Shown piece by piece: positions 38,601 to 50,439 of a DNA stretch of 64,000 nucleotides. The stretch's first letter is position 1. The number at the start of each line of letters is the position of its first letter. The stretch spans positions 24,552,001 to 24,616,000 of the forward strand of contig NC_042997.1 in assembly GCF_006345805.1 (NCBI RefSeq). The letters are read 5' to 3'. Below the pieces are notes generated by a model, which searched no databases, was not told the origin of the DNA, and worked only from the letters and a program-made list of their open reading frames with translations. Source of the stretch: Octopus sinensis (taxonomy: Eukaryota). The position numbers and the translations under genes are program-made.

Positions 38601-38999
38601 TAGTAGTAGTAGTATTATTATTATTAGTAGTAGTAGTTTTAGTTGTAGTAGTAAAGGTGGTGAGGTAGTGACAGTGGTAGTATTGGTGGTGGTGGTGGTG
38701 ATGGCGGCAGTGAAGACGGTGGCGGAGGTATTATCAGCATCACCAGTTTGGTTAGGACTTTTATTTTATCATTCTTTTCATGTTAAGGCTGTTTGTTGAA
38801 TATTTGTGCGATGGTAGAGTAAATGGCTATTTTAAATATATTCCTCGCCCGAACAAATTTAGTTTATAGAAAAGAGGGTCCATAAGAAATAAATTCCAGT
38901 CTTATGGCGGGAGCGATTTTTATCAAATATCCTCTCCGCAATAATTTGTGTCTCATGCCCATGACGAAAATCATCATTTGAACAAGACGTCTTTGACAA

Positions 39000-40100
39000 T
39001 TGAACAACAACCACTACCACCACCACCACCACCACCACCACCACCATCACCACCACGAACACGACAAACACGAGCGCCACCAACAATGCCAACACCACCA
39101 CCACTAGCACCGTCAGCACCTCCCATACAGCTAGCTCCACCAAAGCCCCCACCAGCACTAGCACCACCAGCACCACCACCACCACACCACTACCACCGCC
39201 ACCACAATAACCACCACCACCACCAACAACAACAACACCAACACTACCAACACCACTAGAACCGTCAGCACCTCCCATACAGCTAGCTCTATCAAAACTA
39301 CCACCACCACCACCACCACCACCAAACCACCACCACCAAACCACCACCACCACCACCATCACCACTACCCTCATCACCACCACTCCCATCACCTCCACCC
39401 CCATCATCCCCAACACCACCACCACCAAACCACCACCACCACTACCCTCATCACCACCACTCCCATCACCTCCACCCCCATCACCCCCACCACCATCACC
39501 ATCACCAACACTACCACCAGCAACACCAATAGCACCGTCAGCACCTCCAGCACAGCTAGCTCCACCAAAGCCACCACCAGCACCAGCACCACGATCACCA
39601 CCACCACACCACTACCACCGCCACCACACCACTACCACCGCCACCACAACAACCACCACCACCAACAAGAACAACACCAACACTACCAACACCACTAGAA
39701 CCGTCAGCACCTCCCATACAGCTAGCTCTATCAAAACTACCACCAAACCACCACCACCACCAAAACCACCACCACCACCACCACCATCACCACTTCCCTC
39801 ATCACCACCACTCCCATCACCTCCACCCCCATCACCCCCACCACCATCACCATCACCAACACTACCACCAGCAACACCACTAGCACCGTCAGCACCTCCA
39901 GCACAGCTAGCTCCACCAACACCACCAACACCACCACCACCACCACCAAGCCACCACCACCACCACCATCACCACTACCCTCATCACCACCACTCCATTC
40001 ACCTCCACCTCCATCACTCCTACCACCATCACCATAACCAACACTACCACCAGCACCACCAACACCAACAACAACACCGTCGACACCACCGACACCGCTT
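39000..40100. repeat. (ACC)n-derived complex minisatellite with ~439-bp higher-order duplication
   Basis: CTAGAACCGTCAGCACCTCCCATACAGCTAGCTCTATCAAAAC at 39256 and 39695; CCCTCATCACCACCACTCCCATCACCTCCACC-like unit four times. Confidence 0.9.
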
Positions 40101-40474
40101 ACAAAAGTGATGATATCATCTACGACTGCCGTTGAATGTTACAACATCTCTCTCTGTTTACCGTGTTAGTTACTCGAACACGGCACAGTTGTGAAGTTAT
40201 ACACCTCTAATTGTTAGCTGTAACCCGATAGCTTAAAGCTATTGCAGAGCAGAAACTACCCCCCTACGCAAAAACTCCCCCCTACGCAAAAAAAAGATCT
40301 TGTTTCATCTGGGTAGAGCAACAAACCTTTCCGGCTGTTCGCTGTTCGCAACGTGCTCATAATTCTTCATTTCGTCTCAAATGACACACAATGCGATGAA
40401 AAATTTTATGAGCAGGATTGACACATGTGATGAAAAATGTGTTACTTGTGAACTCAGTTCTCTTCTTTCGTTAT

Positions 40475-40481
40475 CTATTTA

Positions 40482-40560
<79 letters not shown>

Positions 40561-40639
40561 ACTAACTATCTATCTATCTGCCTATCTATCTGCCTATCTA
40601 TCTATCTATCTATATATATATATATATATATATATACTC

Positions 40640-40700
<61 letters not shown>

Positions 40701-40738
40701 ATATCTATCTGTCTGTCTTTCTGTCTGTCTGTTGTCTG

Positions 40739-40779
<41 letters not shown>

Positions 40780-40815
40780 TTGTCTGTTGTCTGTCTGTCT
40801 GTTGTCTGTCTGTTT

Positions 40816-40852
<37 letters not shown>

Positions 40853-40881
40853 ATCTATTTATCTATCTGTCTGTTTGTCTG

Positions 40882-40952
<71 letters not shown>

Positions 40953-41040
40953 GTCTCTCTCTGTCTCAGTATGTCTGTCTCTCTCTCCTCCTCTTTCCCC
41001 CCCTCTCTCTCTCTATGTATGTATCTATCTTTCTATCTAG
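40475..41040. repeat. Long (TCTA)n/(TCTG)n compound microsatellite
   Basis: Read directly; similar tracts at 11697-12130, 30560-30860, 50755-51030 and 52230-52310. Confidence 0.95.
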
Positions 41041-41533
41041 CTATCTGCATATACATATTTTTACCTTTTTCTTTCTCTTAAACTCCAATCATTATTTTTC
41101 TTCCTCAACCACGTTTTACTTTGGATCTCACAAGAGTCATCTGTATCAATCTTCATTCCCGTGTCCCCTAAATCCTTCCTCCCAGAATCCTCTAATTCTC
41201 CTTTACCCTTCGTAATATCCAGACGTCCTATCTCTCCCTATGTCTCTCTCTCTCTCTCTCTCTCTCTCGGTGAAACGAACATGCACACACATGTGTGCGC
41301 CTACACACGTGCACACACACACACACACATACACACACACACGCGCACAAACGCACGCAAAGTCTTTAAGTATACATGCACGAACGCGTATACACATACT
41401 CTCGTACGCACACTATTTATATTTCTTCGTCTTGTACCCTACCTCCCTTCTCAAACTCTGCAAATATCCATTCCTTTCGACAAGTAAGCAAGCCATTCTC
41501 TGTAGCGAACGGGATAATTTCAATTAAATCATT

Positions 41534-42047
41534 TGTAGTACTCTATCGCGGTGTTACGTTCCAAACCCCCCTGCGATAGGTGAAAATTCGCGAAGTAGAC
41601 ACAGTGTACTGTATTTTTTAAAATAATTTTTATAATTTGTATATACCTATTTTAATATAGTGGAGGCACATGGCCTAGTGGTTAGAGCAGCGGACTCGCG
41701 GTCGAGGAATCGCTGGTTCGTATCTCAGACCGGGCGATGTGTGTGTTTATGAGTGAAACACCTAAGCTCCACGCGGCTCCGGCAGAAGGTAATGGCGAAC
41801 TTAATGGTAATGGTAATGGCGCCACAACTTTCTCTCAGTCTTTCCTCTTGCAGCTCACCTGCGGACGAACCGGCGTCCCGTTCAGGTGGGGAACCTATAC
41901 GACAAAGAAACTGGGAAATCGGCCCTATGAGTCAGGCGTGGCTCGAGAAGGAACAAACAACAATATTTTATTATAAATGCAAAACAACACCACACAGGAA
42001 TCGATGTAAGCTCAAATAATAAACCGCGATATGGCGACAGATTACTG
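41534..42047. mobile_element. Possible pogo/Tigger-like MITE interrupted by a SINE
   Basis: Left GTAGTACTCTATCGCGGT versus right end ACCGCGATATGGCGACAGATTACTG followed by TA; the left TIR is degenerate. Confidence 0.4.
41660..41962 (+). mobile_element. Chimeric SINE: family A-type head and body with family D-type tail
   Basis: Head GTGGAGGCACATGGCCTAGTGG...GCGGACTCGCGGTCG (A type); tail GGCGTCCCGTTCAGGTGGGGAAC...GAAACTGGGAAATCGGCCCTATGAG (D type). Confidence 0.75.
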
Positions 42048-42679
42048 TATATTACTGGTATTTATTGTACATGACCTTTTCGGAATGAAACACAGATTTA
42101 CGTTGTTGATATTGACATTTAAGTGTTTAGAAAATATAATTGTTCAAGTCGAGTGACTAAAACAGATAACAAAAAACAAATTGAATTATTGAACTAAAGC
42201 GTCGTTTCTTAAATAAACTCAGTTTGAATGAATTCATAAGAGCAACAATAACTACTACCACATTTTACACCAGAAACGTTACAATTTCAAGTGCAAAATC
42301 CTCTCTCACTGCTTACTGAATCTGCTAGCCATGATATAGATTGGATAATATCATCTTATGCGTATACGAGCCATGTCATGGTACATGGAATGTCTTGAGG
42401 AATTTTCAGACCTCGAAGTCCTCGTCTTTCTCCTGGTCTTCGCATTGCCGGTTTCTTCCAGAAATTGAGAGACAAGTACTGACAGAAAAAGAAATATCGA
42501 ACCTAGAGGAGAATCGATATTAGAATGCATAAGAGGGTAATATGATCATCTGAGTTTTTAACCCAGAACGCATTTAGCTGGAATGGGTAGGAAAAGCAGC
42601 CGAACCGGTGATCTAATAACTCTGCAAAATAACTGCCTTGAATTAAATCTATTAGATTCACATTTTTGACACAATGCCA

Positions 42680-42850
42680 GCAATTTCTAGGTGTTTGGTA
42701 CAGGGATATTTATTTTATCCACCACAGAAGGTGAAATCTAAAGTCGAGTCTGGCGGCATTTGAACTCTGATGGTAAAGTCGGACAAAATGCCGCTAAGCA
42801 TTTATTCTATACGGCAACTATTCTGCTTGATATCAATGACCGCCTTATTT
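42680..42850 (-). mobile_element. Old family C-like SINE remnant
   Basis: AAAGTCGAGTCTGGCGGCATTTGAACTC...ATGCCGCTAAGCATTT. Confidence 0.6.
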
Positions 42851-43395
42851 CAATCCTAGTATGTGCAGAATTGTAGCAGAGTAATACGAAATACCCAGCT
42901 TTAATTCACTTTCGCCATCTGAGTTATGAGATCGAATAAAGCGGAAAATAGCATTGTCTTATATTCCTCCATGGTCAATAAACTGACAGTCAAATACAGA
43001 GTAAGAGAAGGGATGAATTACTAAAGTGTGATAGAGGAATTTTTTTCAGAACTTTGCAATTTCTAATCGTTATCTTTTTCATATATCATATATCTTTGAA
43101 TATAATTATCATAAATATAATTATCATAGAATGATAATGATGTCTATGGAATGGAATGGTAATGTACGTATATGTTTGAAAGTGTGCAGGCACGTACAAA
43201 CGAGGGATTTGTTTTGCATGAAATAGAACAATAAGCATACATACAAATGTATGTGTGTGGATACATATGAATATATATGCTTACGCACACAGATAATTCC
43301 TCCCTCTTTTTCCTTCCAAACTTTCTCTTAACATACATATATATATTTATATTTACATACACACACACAAGTATATATAATATATATATATTATA

Positions 43396-43439
<44 letters not shown>

Positions 43440-43646
43440 GTAAAAATATAGGTCAATATATATGTGCGTGTGTATATATACATGCATATATATATACATA
43501 CATATATATATTTATGCATATGTGTGTGTGTGTATATATAATGCTAGATGTGTCGAAATATTTGTGATTAACAATAACTTCTCGTATATTCCATCTTTTG
43601 CCTTTCATTACCATATATATATGTATATATATATATATATATATTC

Positions 43647-43683
<37 letters not shown>

Positions 43684-43704
43684 CACACACACACACACAC
43701 ACAC

Positions 43705-43756
<52 letters not shown>

Positions 43757-44177
43757 GTATACACACTCATACACGTATATACATATGTTTGTATGTGTGC
43801 GTATGTATATATCCATGTCTTCAATTTTTAAGGTTCATATGTGAAAATCTCACTATGAGAGTGTGCTTCGTTTTTGTATTTCATAGTTCAATATCTTTAT
43901 ATTTGTCTACACGAATGACTTAAGGCGTTTCTCCTAGTTCAATTGCATGACTATAATAATGTTTTTTTACTTTCATTTTCTTATAACGTCTGGAGATATT
44001 AGTTTCCTTTCAAGCGTGAAAGATAGAATCTACTACACTCACACAGAAACAATCTTTTTTTTTTTTTTACTGTTTTTGACTGTATGTATGTGTGAAAGGC
44101 ACATCTGTGTGATTCTTGCTCTCTTTGTCTTTGTCTAACTGGCTGTCTTTCTTATTTAAATTTTTTTTTTTTTACTT

Positions 44178-44400
44178 GCTTCAGCCATTAGACTGCCGCC
44201 ATGATGGGACAAAGCCTTGAAGGAATTTTACTCGAATGAGTCGACTCCAGTGTTGTATTTTTTTTTCAATTTCAAATCTTGGTACTTTTTCTATCGAACT
44301 GTTTTGATGAACTGCTATGTTACGGAGACATGAACACACACACACACCGGTTATCAAGCGATTATGGGAGACAGAAACACAAACACACACACATGCACAA
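44178..44400 (-). mobile_element. Old family B-like SINE, 3' half
   Basis: TTCAGCCATTAGACTGCCGCCATG...CCGGTTATCAAGCG. Confidence 0.7.
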
Positions 44401-44429
44401 CCACACACACACATACACACACATATCAT

Positions 44430-44620
44430 TCGCCATGATTGACCGCTAAATCTGAAAGTTCTTATTCTCTCCGTTTATTCCCTCGTGTTCCTTCCTGTTG
44501 AAGAGCGTTGGCTCGAAACATTCTCACTTTCCCCAGCATCAAACTATTACACCTGCTTGTTGTTTATAAACCTGTTTTTGTCTTTTATTTTCTCTGTGAT
44601 AGAAATGGTATTTGTTTATG
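44430..44620 (+). mobile_element. Hammerhead-bearing repeat family i, cleavage site deleted
   Basis: CTGTTGA (44495-44501) A GAGC GTTG GCTC GAAAC, then directly ATTCTCAC; lacks the GUH triplet and 3' stem I seen in the other copies. Confidence 0.65.
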
Positions 44621-44699
44621 GAAAAATCATTTTTCATTTGCGGAATACATGGGAATGTCTGATTGTTGAGTTCTAATATTTGGAAATGAATGGGCATAT

Positions 44700-44913
44700 C
44701 GATACAATAATAATTTCAAATTTTGGCAAGTTCAGGGAAGAGATTATTCGAATACATTTATTCCAGTAGACAGCTGGTACGCATTTCATCGCCTCAGAAA
44801 GAATAAAAGTTGAAGTCCACCTCGGCGGAATTTGAACGCGGAACGTAAATTCAGATGAACAACCGCTAAGCATTTTCTCCGGTGTGTTAACGATTCTGCA
44901 AGGATACCGCCTT
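44700..44913 (-). mobile_element. Old family C-like SINE monomer
   Basis: CCACCTCGGCGGAATTTGAAC...CCGCTAAGCATTT...TAACGATTCTGC. Confidence 0.72.
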
Positions 44914-45045
44914 ATTTATGTTATGTATGTATAATTATGCATTTATATATATATATATATATATATCCATAGGGACATATATTGTATGCGTGTGATTTAC
45001 ATCCATATCTATCGATCTATCTATCTATCTATCAATGTGTACATA

Positions 45046-45085
<40 letters not shown>

Positions 45086-45189
45086 ATAGGGACATATATG
45101 TGTGTGTATGCGTGTATGTGATATACATCCATATCTATCGATCTATCTATCTATCTATCAATGTGTACATATATATATATATATATAGT

Positions 45190-45380
45190 TAATCCAAATA
45201 TGAAAACACAAAGAGAAAACACAACGCAAGGACGTGGAACAAATATAGAATTATTGGACATTCAGGAAGGAAGGGAAGAAGGAGGGTTTAAAGTCTCGAG
45301 CGGAGCTCTTAGTCAGAAACATAGGAAAAGGAAAGATCCAGAGAAGGGAAGACAGAGGGGAAAAAATCGCCAACGCGGTC
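45190..45380 (-). mobile_element. (AT)n-adjacent repeat with degenerate hammerhead motif (family ii)
   Basis: 45320-45286 reads GUUU-CUGACUA-A-GAGC(UCC)GCUC-GAGAC-UUU-AAAC; stems I and II perfect, three core mismatches. Confidence 0.55.
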
Positions 45381-45518
45381 AGAAACGCTAGCACGCAGGG
45401 GCGAAATGCTTAGCGGTATTTCGTCTGTCTTTGTGTTCTGAGTTCAAATTCCGCCGAGGTGGACTTTGCTTTTTCATCCTTGCGGAGTCAATTAATTAAG
45501 TACAAGTTGCGTACTGGA

Positions 45519-45666
45519 CGTTATTTACATTATTTACAATTGACGGATATTTGTCCTCATCTTGTTTGTTGTTAACATAACGTTTCGGTTGCTATACCCT
45601 CCAGCCTTCATCAGGTGTCTTGGGGAAATTTTGAACCTGGGTTCTCGCTCCTAAGGTATTTTTCGA

Positions 45667-45732
<66 letters not shown>

Positions 45733-45953
45733 TATTATTATTATTATAACTACTATTATTGTTATTATTATTATTATATTATATTATTATTATAAATTAA
45801 ATTAATTATTATTATTATTATTATATTATTATTATTATTATTATATTATCATTATTATTTTTATTATTAGTATTAGTATTCAGGTCACTGCCTGAAATCG
45901 AACTCGAATCTTGGGGTTGGTAGACCGTTCTCTTAACCACTATGCCATATGCC
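45519..45953 (-). mobile_element. Family F SINE: tRNA-like head, internal (AAT)n, hammerhead-bearing 3' part
   Basis: A-box TGGCATAGTGG, B-box GAGTTCGATTTC; 9-bp TSD CGTACTGGA at 45510-45518 and 45954-45962; tail (GTAAATAA[T/C])2. Confidence 0.85.
45574..45620 (-). ncRNA. Minimal type I hammerhead ribozyme motif with canonical core
   Basis: AGACAC-CUGAUGA-A-GGCUG(GAGGGUAUAG)CAACC-GAAAC-GUU-AUGUU; one mismatch in each of stems I and II; palindromic AACGUU stem III. Confidence 0.7.
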
Positions 45954-46046
45954 CGTACTGGAGTCGATCTAATCGACTGAACCCCTCCCCCAAAATTTCG
46001 GGTCTTGTGCCTAGAGAAGAAATGATTATTAGTTTGTTTGGTATGA

Positions 46047-46232
46047 ATAAGGCGGCGAGATGGAAAGAATCGTTAGCGCGCCGGGAAAATTGCTTAGCGG
46101 GAGTTTGACTTTCTTCTTTGTCCTTCGATGTCTATGAAAGAAGTGCCATACCAGCTGATCTCTGGTTTTGATGTAATTGACTAGCCCTCTCCCCAATAAC
46201 TACTGGCCTTGTGCCAAAATTTGAAACCAATA
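46047..46232 (+). mobile_element. Internally deleted family C-like SINE
   Basis: Head GGCGGCGAGATGGAAAGAATCGTTAG plus tail CTGGCCTTGTGCCAAAATTTGAAACCAAT. Confidence 0.6.
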
Positions 46233-46284
46233 TTTGGTACCAATAGTGGTGGCTGTATCAGTAGTGATAGTCGCACTGTTACTA

Positions 46285-46827
46285 TTGGGTTGTCCGGAAA
46301 GTTTGTGCTGATTTATGGATTACATTTTGACTTATTTTAGAACATAGTTGAGTCCATAAAATAGGATTTGACTACACCTCCATTCAGAGCACAGTTTAAG
46401 CTATCGTTTTGTGGAAGAAGGTTTATGTTCCTATAACCTGTGTTAATTATGTAACCCTTTTAAATGGAAGATAAGAAAGTTCATTTTCGGCACTTGATTC
46501 TTTGGGAACCAGACAAAAATTGTTGCAGCTCGGCTCCATATTCACCAGATATTGCTCATTCGGATTTCCACTTATTCAGGTCCCTGCAGAATAGTCTTAA
46601 TGGTAAAAATTTCAATTCCTTGGATGACGTAAAAAAATACCTCGATGAATTCTTTGTCATGAAACCACCTCAGTTCTGAGAAGAGGGTATTTTCAAGTTA
46701 AAGGAAAGATGGAGACGCTTTGTTCAACAAAATGGTTCATATTTGGTTGATTAAAAATGTAATGGCAAGTATTTATTGACCTTTTTCTTTTCTTTAAAAG
46801 TCGGCACGAACTTTCCGGACAACCCAA
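46285..46827 (+). mobile_element. Internally deleted mariner transposon (543 bp)
   Basis: TIRs TTGGGTTGTCCGGAAAGTT(T/C)GTGC; TA TSDs at 46283-84 and 46828-29; ORF MEDKKVHFRHLILWE fused to PYSPDIAHSDFHLFRSLQN (YSPDLAPSD motif). Confidence 0.93.
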
Positions 46828-47364
46828 TACTATTAGCATTAGTAGTGGTAGTGGTGATAATGATGGTAGTGGTGGTTGAAGTACATAAGTAGCAGTGTTT
46901 TCGTTCCCGGATACGGTGTACTTTTTAAGGTGTTTCAGTGTGGAATTGCAGATATTTGCATTTGAACAATAACGTTGTATTTATAGTACAGAAAAAATAT
47001 ATATTAGAATGGAAAGTGAAGGCATGAAAGGAATAGTTTGGCAGGAAGGCGGTAAGCGAGCGGCGGAATTTCGGAAATATAACGAAATTGATGTGTTAGA
47101 GATATATAAAGGGCAAAAAGAAATACACTCGCAAACGCTAACAAACACCTGCATATGCACACTCACACACACATACAAACACAGGAGGAGAAAAACTCGA
47201 AACAAAATACCATCCAAAATGAAATAAACAGAAGATGCATTTGATGTCAGAATAACGCTTCACCTTACATTCACTTAACTTACAAATAATGTTTAGAATA
47301 ATCAGACATAAACTGAATCTGTATGCTTAACCCATTCATTTTCTTCACTACACACACTCAGACA

Positions 47365-47401
<37 letters not shown>

Positions 47402-47444
47402 GCACAGACACACACACGCATACATACGTACATACATACAAAAA

Positions 47445-47552
47445 TGCCCTGTTTTTGAAAGTGAAATTCGAATGAAGGAGCCTCGAATCTAGGTTAAAGA
47501 CCGGCTCTTTCTCTATTGGCAAGGAATCTTGAAATAAATCAGAATAATGGCA
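47445..47552 (+). mobile_element. (CATA)n-associated dispersed repeat (family G), unclassified
   Basis: GAATGAAGGAGCCTCGAATCTAGGTT...ATTGGCAAGGAATCTTGAAATAAA then (CATA)n; inverse copies at 60140-60305 and 61170-61360. Confidence 0.7.
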
Positions 47553-47853
47553 TACATACATACATACATACATACATACATACATACATACATACATACA
47601 TACATACATACATACATACATACATACATCTAGGGTGGGAGTGAACTTCGGACCAAGTGAAGTCATTTCCTAAAGTCAGTAAGTCGGTACAAACCTCCGA
47701 AGAGTCTAACTAGTACACCTGCAGGAGTTTTCTGAGTGGATGAAGTGTAATATAGCACTGAAACCACTTTTTAGCACAAATATCTATAGAAACCATTGAC
47801 GCAGCAGCAACTGAGACGACCAGAAACCAACTGTACTCCAGATATTTGTGGTG

Positions 47854-47953
47854 NNNNNNNNNNNNNNNNNNNNNNNNNNNNNNNNNNNNNNNNNNNNNNN
47901 NNNNNNNNNNNNNNNNNNNNNNNNNNNNNNNNNNNNNNNNNNNNNNNNNNNNN
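47854..47953. other. Assembly gap (100 N)
   Basis: Run of exactly 100 N, typical of a placeholder gap of unknown size. Confidence 0.99.
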
Positions 47954-48171
47954 ATGTATGTATGTATGTATGTATGTATGTATGTATGTATTTATGTGAT
48001 GTATTTATGTATGTATGTATGCTTGTATGTATGTGCATGTTTACCTATGTCATTCATGCATCTTTACGTTTTGATGTATGTAATTCCAAGAGAGTATATA
48101 CAGATACGTACACTCCAGACACACACGCACACACACATACGTATATAAATATATGTATATATGAATTTGTA

Positions 48172-48208
<37 letters not shown>

Positions 48209-48390
48209 TATTCTATATTATATGTATTATTATACATATAATATATTTATATTTAATATAAATACAAAATACGATGCATACACACACACACATATAGGTA
48301 TATGTGTACACAACATACATATATATATACACAACACCACACACATGATTATATATATATATATATAATAATATATATATATACACACAC

Positions 48391-48421
<31 letters not shown>

Positions 48422-49125
48422 ATATATATATTATATATATCATACACTTCAGAATCTATTCATAAATGCCAAAGACCACATAATGAATATTTTATCCCAA
48501 CATTTTTCATTCCTAAAAAAATGACGCACGAAAAAAATCTTTCTGTACTTATAACAATTGTGGGAGATTGAATATCGATTTTACACATTCACACAGGTAC
48601 TACAGATGTCCCATACGTGAAACTGCACATAATATTATAATTATATTTCCACTGTTACTCTTTTTTATCGAAGGTCGGACTATACATGTCTGCTTCTGTA
48701 CATGTTATTGAAATAGGTTCCCCTGTGGCTCACGACACACAACGCTAGCAGAGCGATGAGCGATTACATCCTTGGTATGGAATTAATATGATTTGATATA
48801 ATTTATATCGGATTGATTGTCATAGATTGAGAAAGCAACGGAATTATTTATGTGTTGTTGATACTCTCAAAGAGCACTTGAAGGAAGCATATTTACTTTT
48901 GTTGATGTATCATTGTAAAGTCAGTAATGTGATGTGATTTCTGGTAGTAAGGGCAATAGTTCAAATCTAGCATATCTTAAATGTATATTTCTACGTTGGG
49001 GTAACATAGATGTCTTGAATTTATACGGCCAGTGCAAGTAAAACTTACATTCAAATACTTTATACTTCGTTCTCTTTAGGTTATCACTTCCGAGCTTAGT
49101 GCTGCCGACTAAAGACTTACCTAGA

Positions 49126-49215
49126 ACCTGCTTTCAGGTGCTCATACACCAAGGGCATTGAGGTTATTATCTCTTACGCCTAAAGAACACAGTCGCTCTA
49201 CGAACTTACAACACA
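49126..49215 (+). repeat. ~90-bp dispersed repeat, second copy at 55075-55163
   Basis: ACCTGCTTTCAGGTGCTCATA(C/A)ACCAAGGGCATTGAGGTTATTATCTCTTACGCCTAAAGAACACAG shared. Confidence 0.88.
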
Positions 49216-49409
49216 TGTGTATGCGTTTAAGTGTTGCTATCCAGTTCTAGTACTATACGTAGTTCCAGGTTTGCGTTTGATTTTGCTCTGCGTGAATAGA
49301 TAATTGACAAAAATTTGGAGTCAACATGAAGTACGGTTGGACATTAGACGGAATCTGAAGGAAGTCCGTATATATATATATATATATATGCTCATATATA
49401 TATATATAT

Positions 49410-49755
49410 GCCCCCTGCCCAAATCAAGATCACAACATATAGATACACCGCGACCTAATTTCTTTTCCTCAACAGGCCCTGCTCTGTTTAACATTGTCTC
49501 AAAACTGATTAAAGAGGAAAAGGATCCCATCACCTTTAAACAGAGTCTGGACGGATTTCTTCAAGGAATACCAGATAAGCCACCAATACCTGGATACAAC
49601 TCACCCAACAAGAACTCACTACTTGAATGAACCATAAACAAAACTTGATTTAAAACGGATTTACATAATTCTATCAGGTGGTGCTAACTTAATAGTTAGA
49701 CATGGCCTGGACTAATCTTTGGGCGAAACATATCTAAGTTTTATCTAAGTTTTGT
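49410..49755 (+). mobile_element. CR1-like LINE 3' end (ORF2 C-terminus, UTR, short tandem tail)
   Basis: GPALFNIVSKLIKEEKDPITFKQSLDGFLQGIPDKP...NSLLE*; UTR GGTGGTGC...CATGGCC...GCGAAAC; tail (ATCTAAGTTTT)2. Confidence 0.78.
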
Positions 49756-50059
49756 ATGAAAAAGGAAAGGAATGAACTCACAGGTAGTTCTAACTAATTT
49801 CATTTTCTAATGATGTAATTTTACAGTTTGGTTTTTAGATCTAGTAAGTTCTTTGTTAACTTCAAAGATTGTTTGTTAACTTTTCTGGAGAATATTCTCG
49901 ACGAATGCGAGAAAGTTCTGTAAGAACTTACTAGGTCTAAGAAATGTAGAACTGTAAAATTATATTATTAGAAGTTTAAATTGATTAGAACTACCGGTGA
50001 AGTCATCTTTTTACCTTTTTAAAATATACCTAACTGTACCAAGGATTTCACACATTTTC

Positions 50060-50097
<38 letters not shown>

Positions 50098-50239
50098 AGC
50101 GATATATATATATATATATGGGGTCGATTTGTTCAACGAAAGGCGGTGTTCAAGCATGGCAGCAATAAATGAGCGAAACACGTAAACGAATAAAAGAACA
50201 AAATAATATATATGCGTGTGTAGGTGTAGTTATATATCC

Positions 50240-50277
<38 letters not shown>

Positions 50278-50439
50278 ATGTGTGTATGTGTGTGTGCGTG
50301 TGTATTCATATATACATATATATATGTGTGTGTGTGTGTGCGTGTGTATTCATATATATATATATATACACATATATATATATATACACATATATATATA
50401 TATGCACATCTATATATGCATTGTGTGTGTGGGGGGTGT

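Larger units (their letters stand above)
45382..46030 (+). mobile_element. Family C SINE interrupted by family F SINE
   Basis: Left part to 45518 and right part from 45954 rejoin as GTTGCGTACTGGAGTCGATCTAATCGAC. Confidence 0.85.

Noticed and set aside
42350-42500. Strong minus-strand splice acceptor (TTTCTTTTTCTGTCAG)
   Set aside because: No convincing donor and no recognisable peptide in any frame.
49700-49735. GCGAAAC as part of a hammerhead
   Set aside because: No CUGANGA upstream; it is the CR1 3' UTR motif.
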